Shown piece after piece: positions 53,976 to 64,000 of a stretch of 64,000 bases of DNA. Under the pieces are notes generated by a model. The model did no database searches and was not told the DNA's origin. It saw nothing but the letters and a program-made list of their open reading frames with translations. This DNA comes from Octopus sinensis. Its lineage: Eukaryota. The translations under genes were made by a program, and so were the position numbers. Where the stretch lies: contig NC_043011.1 in assembly GCF_006345805.1 (NCBI RefSeq), forward strand, positions 37,274,464 to 37,338,463. Reading direction: 5' to 3'. Each line of letters starts with the position of its first letter. Position 1 is the first letter of the stretch.

Positions 53976-54220
53976 GATAATAATAACAACAACAATAATA
54001 ATCACTTCTATTATAGGCACGAGGCCTGCAATTTGGTGGGTGGTTAGTCGATTATATCAATCCCAGGGATTCACTGGCATTTAATTTATAGACCCAGAAT
54101 GGATGAAAGACAAAGTTAACTCCGACAGCATTTGAACTCAGAACGTAGTGACGGTCGAAATATAGCTAATCACTTCGTCAGCGTGCTAACGATTCTGTTA
54201 TTAGTAATAATAATAATAAT

Positions 54221-54273
<53 letters not shown>

Positions 54274-54274
54274 C

Positions 54275-54334
<60 letters not shown>

Positions 54335-55589
54335 AAGAAGAATTTCATTTATTTCCACCATGGCGAATGATGACATAAAGACAGACATAAAGTGTTTGGG
54401 GGTGACAGGAATTTCTTCTAATAGAAACAAGGCCCTATGTTTTAGATGACTATAAAAGAAAGGACAACATATAACCGACTTTAGATGTATATTGAGTAGA
54501 TGGAAATCAAGAATAACTACAGCAACAGCAGTAACATCAGCCACAAAAACAACAACAACAATAATAATATTTTTAATTTTTACTATTAGTATAATCTATA
54601 TTACTATTAATGGGTTATATACATAGATGCCTCTCATGATATCTATGTATACTACCCACTACATATATATGTCTGTGTGTGTGTATTAACTATATAGGAC
54701 AGGCAACAATGACACTGAAACGAAGAACAATACTACGTAAGGAACAGATACGGTTTACGCAATACAGGCAGACTCCGTTGAGTGAACATATAGACATATG
54801 TCTATATGCTCCACCATACCCGCAGTCAAATGTTTCAATCAAATATAACAATAAAATATAAAAGACTATGACAGGCTTAGACGACAATATCTCAGTCGCA
54901 AGCTTCTTACAGCACAGCCGCACCTATGCCTGTAAAGATAATTTTGTCCTGCATTTTGTTCATGAAACATGGTTCCAGAATCATTAGAATATTCGAAGAG
55001 CTCTGTATTAGACATATCAAGAATCGACATGCGATATTGTATTGTATGCACATTTTTTAACAACCATTGATATCCCTTTACTACAAGAGAAAATGAAAGA
55101 ATGAGGGAGAGATAGAGAGAGAGAGAAATGAGATAGAGTGAGTATTTAAGTAGTTCATACTCCGGCATTCTGATGCATACTCTAGTCTTTGCAGATTTTC
55201 TCGAAGGATATATTGAAAGAGTTTGGACTTCCATATTATACTAAAGTGATGATGATAAGGCGAGGAATGTTTGTTAAATATATGTATGATAAGTGGGAAA
55301 ATATTTGAAGCAATTGAGCTTCTTTTATTTTTTATTGTTATATTTGATTGAGACGTTTGACTGCGGCTATGTTCGAGCACCGTCTTGAAGGATTTAAGTC
55401 TAACAAATCGACACCAGGACTTATGTTTTAATCCTAGAATTTTTTCAAACGGTGCGTTTTGCCGAACCGCTAAGTTACGGGGGATCTAAACACAACAACA
55501 CCTGTTATCAAGAGCGGTACAAATACAGACACATGAGTGGCTTCTTTCAGTTGCCATCTACCAGTTCCACTCACAACTGGGAATACTTG

Positions 55590-56650
55590 AGCAGATGTTA
55601 TTAAGTACGATGATATGAAGGAAAGGACAAGGAAAGTTTAGTTGCGTTGAGTGAGAAAAATATTGGATTCAAAGCTGACTGCCAGAAACATAACTTCGGC
55701 AATAACCTTGCGCGCTGCCGCAGAAGTTCGGTACGTAACTGGACAGAGAATAAACTAAAAAGCCGGATAGGGACGCAGGAAAGCTCCTGAAAATGGAGAC
55801 CATCATCCATCGATCCCTATACATGAAGAGAGAAAATGGAGGAAGGGTTTAATGAATTTGTAAGTTTTCGTGCGTTCTGAAATCGGTAGCTTACGGAGAT
55901 ACTTAGCCTAAAGTAAAGATACCTGCTAGTGTCAGATAGGGATTCGAGCGTATTGAAAGAGGAGAAAAAGGAAAAAAAAAATAATATAGAAGCACAGAAA
56001 GGACATGAGGAAGTAATACGTGATAAGAGCCTACACAATCAATTGCCAGCAACTGAAGTTGCTGGAAAACACAGCGGGGATTGGTTGAAGAAAGTGTAAT
56101 GTAAAAATAAATTAACCAAGCTTTGGCCACAGATTCGAGGATCAACATTAGGAATGAGCAAATGTCTCCACTGTTTCGCATTTGTAATACAGTAGACGAA
56201 ACCATTGCTCGTACCTTGATCGAATGCCCTAGTTTTGCCCCAAACTACTATAAGTTGTGGCCACACGATGAGGTAGCACTGTGGGAATATTTCAACCCAA
56301 ATAGATCAGGCGCTGAAGGGCAAATCGGATTTACTTGTGGTGAATGAGGTGTATCCCATGCGCCATATAACTGGTGTGGCCTGCCCACGAATCGTCAAGA
56401 GAGGCGCGAAAAATTAGACATATACAATCGTCTTAAGTTTGAAATAGACTGGCTATGGCAAATGAAGAATGTGAAGATAGTGTCAAATATTTTTGGATCC
56501 TTAGGGACAGCGTCAGAAAGCATTAAGAGGAATATAAAGGAAATCGGGATAGAGTGCCCAGTAGAGCAGTTACAAAGGGTTCGCTGTCTTGGCACGGCCA
56601 GATTAATCAAGAACGTATTAGAGAGTGGGGAAGAACATGTAGCATGGTAC
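55590..56650 (+). mobile_element. Highly decayed R4/Dong-type LINE fragment (RT thumb to endonuclease)
   Basis: RKILDSKLTARNITSAIT...AEVRY...HHP...GLMNL, and C-terminal KIVSNIFGSLGTASESIKRNIKEIGIECPVEQLQRVRCLGTARLIKNVL. Confidence 0.7.
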
Positions 56651-57811
56651 CGTAGGCTGCAGGTAGCAAGCCACCTGTGTATGCAAAACTTCAGGAATTC
56701 CAACAAAAATAGTTAAAAAGAAATATTAATAATAGTGATTACGATAATAGTGATCCTTTTTACTATATATACAACGCATGGCATTTTCTGGGAGTGAAAT
56801 AGTCAATCACACCGACCCAATATTCCGGCACCTTATTATCGACTCCCGAGAGGACAAAAGTCAAAGTCAGCTCCTAGCGTATTAAAGCTGAACTTGTTTT
56901 ATTAAGTCAAGACAAGATGATAAGCATCTTTATTAAAACGTCCTAATTTTTTTGATATTATTTTCTCTTTCATATTTATTTCGATTGTCATCTTCTCAAA
57001 CCCGAGGCTCACACTGACATCTCTAGTCTTTATAATACTGTCGAGACACTGAACCTAAAGACAATCTGAGGAGCAAATAGAAAATTTCTTATCACCTAAT
57101 ATAGTAATTTCCCAATTATCTTTCGTTTTGCCCCTTTGGCGTGTTTTCCTTCCTGTTACATTTAGCGATCTCTTCTTCTTCTTCTTCTTCTTCTTCTTCT
57201 TCTTTTTCTTCTTCTTCTTCTTCTTCTTCTTCTTCTTCTTCTTTTTCTTCTTCTTTTTCTTTTTCTACTTCTTTTTTTTCTTTTTCTTCTTCTCTCTTCT
57301 TTCTTCTTCTTTTTTTTCTTCTTCTTCTATTCAGTTTCTCCTGCACCTTTTTCTTGTTCTACTTCTACTTCTCCCGATCCGGTTTCTTCTTTGAATTTTC
57401 GTACTCTTCCTCCTCCCCCCTGCTCCTCATTCTTCTTCGTACTCTATTTCCTCCTCCTCCTTCTTCCGTTTCTCTTAATACCTCTTGTTCTTCTAGCTCT
57501 CATTCTCTCATTCTTCTTTCTTCCTCGTTTATTCTTCCTTCCCCAACATCTTCGTTTACTTTTTATTCTTGTTCTTAATGCATTTGTCTTTGCTGTTCTC
57601 CTTCTTCTTCTTTTGTCTTCCTCCTCCTCCTCCGTCTTCCTTTTCTTCTCTTCCTCTCCCTCATCAACCTCCCTCTCCTTCTTTCCCTCGTCCGTCTAAA
57701 GATCAAAATCCAGATGGCTAATTCATTTAAGAGAAATATATCAAGACATCATTCCTTCGGAGACTGCTTACTTTCCGACTTCCTACTGAGTTGCAAACAG
57801 CAACAACAACG

Positions 57812-57853
<42 letters not shown>

Positions 57854-57929
57854 TAATAATAATAATAATAATGATAATAATATTTATAATAATAATAATA
57901 ATAATAGTAATAATGATAATAATAATATT

Positions 57930-57974
<45 letters not shown>

Positions 57975-58627
57975 TTACAACGAAACTGTTCAAACACAAA
58001 TTCTAGATCTTAAAGAGAGAAATATTAATAAACAGTGTCTGTCATTCTGTTTATTCATGTCTTATTTTAGGACTTGTTCAGAATTTGCCATAATAGATTA
58101 AAATGCTCCAAGCATATTTTCCGTGTATTTTCGTCTTTTAATATAATTTCAGATTACTCGACGTAAAAAAAAAAAAAATGTCTTCTCCTAAAATTAGATG
58201 AAATAGTTAGGCCATGGAGACATTTCTTTTTACAGGCACACAAATCTTGTCAGGCAAATATCATAAATGTTGTTGTTACTGACGTCGTTGCTCTTGTCAT
58301 TATTATTATTGTTGTTGTCGTTCTGATTGTTGTTGTTGTTGTTGTTGTTTTTATTATTATTATTATTATTATTATTGTTATTATTATTATTATTTAAGGC
58401 TATGAATTTGTTGAATTTTTAGCACTCAAGAGATAATACACAGCGGCATTCCGTCCATCTTTATGTTCTGAGATCAAATTCCGCTGAGGTTGGTCTCCGT
58501 CAATTATAGATCGAATAAATAGGAGTGAATTACTAGAGTTGATGTAATCGATTAGCTCTCTCACTGTCTCTCTCTCTCTCTCTCTCCCCACCAAATTGCT
58601 GGCCCTTTATTACTACTACTACTACTA

Positions 58628-58681
<54 letters not shown>

Positions 58682-58714
58682 AGCTACTACTACTACTACT
58701 ACTACTACTACTAT

Positions 58715-58786
<72 letters not shown>

Positions 58787-58808
58787 AACTATTATTCTTA
58801 TTATTATA

Positions 58809-59210
58809 GGCGTAGGAGTGGCTGTGTGGTAAGTAGCTTGTTTACAATCCACATGGTTCCGGGTTCAGTTGGACAAGTGACTTCTACTATAGCTTCGGGC
58901 CGACCAAAGACTTGTGAGTGGATTTGGTAGACGGAAACTGAAAGAAGCCCGTCGTATATATGTATATGTATATATATATGTGTATGTGTGTGTACTCATT
59001 TGTGTGTCTGTGTTTGTCTCCCAACATCGCTTGACAACCGATGCTGGTGTGTTTACGTCCCCGTAATCTAGCGGTTCGGCAAAAAGAGCCCGATAGAATA
59101 AGGACTAGTCATACAAAAAAATAAGTCCTGGGGTTGATTTGCTCGACTAAAGGCGGTGCTCCAGCATGACCACAGTCAAATGACTGAAACAAGTAAAACA
59201 GAATAAAAGA
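58809..59210 (+). mobile_element. SINE family A copy
   Basis: Colinear with the consensus. Further partial or decayed copies at ~21540-21737(+), 39820-40075(+), 48985-49143(+) and 55340-55580(-). Confidence 0.85.
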
Positions 59211-59279
59211 GAATTATCATCATCATCATCATCATCGTCGTCGTCGTCGTCATCATCAACAACATTATTATCATCATCA

Positions 59280-59361
<82 letters not shown>

Positions 59362-59872
59362 AGCAGACAGCTGACAAATCGCCTTGAAGTCATTCGATCT
59401 TATAAATTACTAAAAATCCCAATACAATCCATGTATGGCACACGTTGTTAGTCTCGTACAACCAAATACTACATCTTGTATCTCAGCTGCTGGTTCTGAC
59501 GTTTTGCAGCTTAGCGCACCTCCTGACAAACTCGGAGATTGGCCGGCGAGGTAGTAACTAACAGTTTTGTCTCAACCTCAACGCATTCTCCAAACAGCAG
59601 ACGAAAAATGGAAATAGGAAAAGTGCAAATGCCTGCTTGTAATTGAGTAGCACCCGTATATCCAGCAGGTCAACTATCAATAAAATTGTACTTTTTATTG
59701 CGTACTGTTGCCTGCCACAGCCGGATCAATCAAATGGCATCTGCTCCTCTTTCTTTCTTAACTTAGCTATGACCACACACATATGTATGTATGGATGGAT
59801 GTATGTACGTATGTATGTATATGTATATGCATATACATACATATATACATATATATATATATAATATATATA

Positions 59873-59963
<91 letters not shown>

Positions 59964-60289
59964 TATATTACGGAGATGTACTTGCATAGCAAATGACTTG
60001 ATCTGGTATCATGTGCTGAAACAAAGACAATTGCAGAGTGGAAGAGGTTTGTAATCAATTTCAAAACACCCAAAATAACCGCTATTTTCTCTTCAACATT
60101 TAAATTAAATTTGTGACAAAATATTTTCGTCGCTTTGAAACCGCGTCCTGTTCACTCACTTGGCGCTGCATCTGCAGTGAAACTATGCATATATATATTC
60201 ATATGTATATGTACATAATTTTTACAAATGTAAAGCCTGCTATTTAAAATAATTATATTTGATATTATATCTATATCTATATATATATA

Positions 60290-60377
<88 letters not shown>

Positions 60378-61039
60378 TTGTGTGTGTGCGTGTGTAGGTA
60401 TGTATGTGTGTATATCAAAGGAGTCTGAGTTGTTGCTATTCTTTTGGGTACCACCATATGTGCAAATGCATCGGCTCTATGACAATGTCAAAAGCTATTA
60501 TTCTCTTTTAACATGCTCCTAGCTCAGCAGGCTTCGTTTGAAACAGTGCAAATATCTTGTTTGTTTGTAAAAATTTATGATGTTAACTCGAAATATACAT
60601 TTTACAGAAACTCTTTTCTAGTTTTTTTATGTTCTATTTTTTTATTTTGCTTTGTCAGCAGACACACATTACTGTAACGATATCTAATGCTTTACTTTCG
60701 TGTTGTTTTTTTTATGTATTGTTTCGAAAACATTTGAAAGCATAGTTAAGGATGAGAATCATTTATTTTATTGATGCCATACATCAGAATGGGTACAATT
60801 TTTCTAACGTCTCATGCTGTTTTAGAACATGTAAACCGTTTGCTCAATAACTTCTAGTGCCCTGTCAAAAGATGGCGTATATAGTTTGAATTATCGAGAA
60901 TGTTTAAAAATTGAACAAAATTTTGTTCAACAAGATTTCTTTATATCAAGGAAGACAAAATCCAGTTCTATAAAATATCTAAGTCTGTGTGAGCTGGAAT
61001 GACACATCTAAAATACCATAGATGCTGAAGGTATTTCAA

Positions 61040-61310
61040 CAAATTTGTCAGTGAGAAATCTTTAAGAACCCATAAATTGACACAACGAATAATGAAGAAT
61101 TCCGGTAGTGATACTCAACGATGCCTAAACAAACATCGTCAAGGAAAAGCCACTTCGCTTTGCGGGGTATGATGTAAGCGTATAACACAAGCAACTTCAG
61201 AAGATTTCAGAACGCTTGCAGCTCCCATATGGGAAGTGAAAAAGCGGTAGGTCACACACAACTAGATGAAGCACATTCTGTCAATATCTACAGGGACTAA
61301 TCTGTTGTTA
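61040..61310 (+). pseudogene. Decayed RTE-type LINE C-terminal relic
   Basis: IVKEKPLRFAGY....KQLQKI...PYGK*KSGRS resembles the RTE R.LRFAGH...P.GKR.RGRP motif. Confidence 0.4.
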
Positions 61311-61649
61311 AGAAGAAACTACATCAATTATTACCAATATAGATCGATGGAGATATTCATTTCCTCATGTGCTTAGAGAGTTTTATAGCAGAATTAGAAA
61401 TATAGGAACATACAATCAATACATTTTCTTCCCGTAGTAACAATAAATGCAACGCTTCTTGAAATTAGACAACACTTTGAATTTCCTATGGTAACAGAAC
61501 TGGCAAATATTGATGAAAGATATTGTTATAATCCTTAAAATGTTGGATTGTTATGATACCCACTTCGGTATACAGTATACTTAATAAAACCAGTATAGAC
61601 ACGACTCTTTCTGACCGCTTAATACGTACTCTGATACTTCACATACCTA

Positions 61650-64000
61650 TCTTTACTTATAGTGACTAGGTTATTCCATTCCTCACGTGGGAGGAGTGTG
61701 CCATTATTCATAATTCCCTACAATATCTCCCCTTTTAAGGTTTTCTGTTATTTTATTTACCAATATTTTTTTTATTCACCCTACCTCTCTTTTCTGGGGG
61801 ATTTTTTCATAAAATATATTCTTTTAATTTTTCCCCCCTTTGCTTCTATTTTCAAGAACTCTGTATGTTTTCTATTCCTCTCACTTGTACGCCTGCAGTG
61901 GCGTTGGTAATTGGAACGTATCCTACAATCATTCCATCGATTCCTCCAACATCTTTGGTTCAATTTCCATGAATCTCTCTTTCAGTTGGTTCCTGTGCCT
62001 CTTTTGTATATTTTTTCTAGTTTTTACCCAATATACCATTTTACCGATGCATTTGATAATTATGCCATCTTCCTAACTCGGCTTCCCAGTCTTGTATGCC
62101 TTCATATAAACTTTTTCACTAAAGAATCTTGCTATGTATTCTCTTGCACGTTTTCGTTTCTTGCCAGGTAGCAATTTATCAAAGACTGATTTTACTTTCC
62201 ATACGAAAATCAGCTCCGCTGGTGAGTTACCTGATGGTGTATTCGGATTTGGCATCACAGGGTACGCTCTTAAAAATTGTTGTAGGGCTACTTCATCGAT
62301 GAATTCCTTATTCGATTCTCTTTGGGCTCTCTTAAAGGTATCGACAATGCCTTCTGCTGTCTGTTAGATCTGGAATGGTTTGGTGCAATAGTTATATGTT
62401 CTATCGCGACCGTTTTATATTTATTTTAAAATTTGCTAGACGCAAATTGTGTTCCATTGTCTGGCATTATCTTCTCTGGGATACCAAATCTCGCAAACAC
62501 TTCGTGTAAAAAATTTGTCACAGTTGAAGAGGTTGGTTTTTAACACTTACAAATTTCAGGCCATTTCGACAAACTATCAACTACCACTAACTAATAAGAG
62601 ACATTTAAAGGACCACGGAACATCTACTTTTGACCAAGGTCCACTTTCTGTAGTGGGCAATTTTGCTGCTAGAGCACATCCTCTACAAGTTTCGATTTTC
62701 TGTTCATTTTAGGCCAGTGTACCTAACTGCGCATTAACGCTTTCATGTTGCCCTGTCTGAGTGGTTCGTCCTTCCAATTATACCAAGACTTTCAGGCCTT
62801 TCAAGTTCTTTGTTAACCTGGTTTATTGCTACAAACTGTATATTCCGTTTTGGCCTAAAGACCGGTGTTGCACTTTGATTTACAACGACATTAGCTTTTG
62901 TTTTTGTACAACCTAGTTCTTCAAAAAAAAAAAAAATCTGGAAATATTTCTTTTAAACTCTTGCTTCAGTCCTTCGGCCTCATTTGAACCTCTCCACACA
63001 GACCACATACGGTCGTATCTCAACAATTTCAATAGTTCAATCCAGTCTGTGCCGAATAAATTCAGTGAAATTCTTAACAGATATATCTTTGCCTTTTTCG
63101 TTTGACCTCGAAACGTTACATTACATACGAATTCAATGAAAAAATATGATCTTTTTCCCGCAACACCGCGTGCTACCTTTTCCGAATTAATTAATTTCGG
63201 TTTACCTACATACTTCTACGCGTTTTCGTTTATAATGGTGATATCACGACCGGTGTACAACTGCATTTTAACACTTGTATTTCTGATTTTCACCTACACG
63301 AATTTCCTCATCGTTTTATACCAATTTTTTCCGATGACATATTTAATCTTTTTCCTTTGTTCAGAAGTTGTATCATCTTTGTTCTACAGTGCGTCAATAT
63401 ATGTCCAATATTTCCACAACGAAAGCACCCCGCGTTTTTAAATCGACAATATTTCCTTAGGTGTGTAGCTCTGCATGGGTTTATTTCCTGATTTTTGTAG
63501 CGTTTTATTTTAGAAAAAAACTTAATCCCTATTCTAACTATTTCGCACTTGCTTTACTTTCAGACAGTTTTTACGTTCAGTTTCTTCTGTGTCGTGTCTA
63601 AATTTGACTAACCATTAACATTCTTCTGACACTTTCTGTAGGGTAACATCCTGCTTTTGTTCCAGCTTAGCGAGATTTTTAGTTCTAACTTCTACATCTT
63701 TTTTCTGTTGTTTGTCCCAGTGTAAAAATGAGACATTTGAACATATTAGGCGTTAATTCATCCACCTTAAACTTCTCACATTCACTGCTTACTCTACCAA
63801 CATATGTAATATAGTACTTAAAGTTGTTCCTCTCTATGTACAGACACTTCCAACGTGTGTTGGACAATGAGCTTTTTTTCACTGAAACTTTTACACAACA
63901 TATCTATTGTGTCATTAAAGTTTATTTCCGAAAGTTTTCTTGGGATTACATAATCATTGCATCGTTCATGTTCTGTTACTGCCAGTTTTCTCAAGATTTA
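61650..64000 (-). mobile_element. Degenerate Ty3/gypsy LTR retrotransposon (gag - protease - RT start / integrase), internally deleted
   Basis: Gag-like SEKSSLSNTRWKCL...RVSSECEKFKVDELTPNMFKCLIF. RT N-terminus TPVFRPKRNI...NKELERPESLGII. Integrase MKALMRS*VHWPKM, IVDSLSKWPEICKC, FARFGIPEKIMPDNGTQF, PNPNTPSGNSPAELIF. Runs off the window end. Confidence 0.9.

Overview
Eukaryotic, very AT-rich and repeat-saturated DNA. Extreme (TA)n/(CA)n/(GATA)n/(AAT)n microsatellite density plus the tRNA-derived SINE families present point to an octopod cephalopod intron or intergenic region; this is inferred from repeat content, not proven. No intact protein-coding gene is recognisable, and most listed ORFs are microsatellite artefacts. 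The window is a mosaic of at least four tRNA-headed SINE types (about 25 copies), Penelope-like element (PLE) fragments (RT, GIY-YIG, terminal pieces), R4/Dong-type, RTE and L1/Tx1 LINE fragments, two non-autonomous Helitrons, mariner relics and MITEs, and an internally deleted Ty3/gypsy element. The most notable observation is a set of hammerhead-ribozyme motifs. One is an apparently intact type I hammerhead (23451-23518) inside a rearranged, inverted-repeat-bounded PLE terminal fragment sitting in (TA)n. The others are a minimal U3/A8-variant hammerhead (36766-36803) and a decayed full-size one (45879-45945). Modular head/tail swapping among the SINEs and nested insertions with target-site duplications are also directly visible. 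Ends of decayed elements are approximate.
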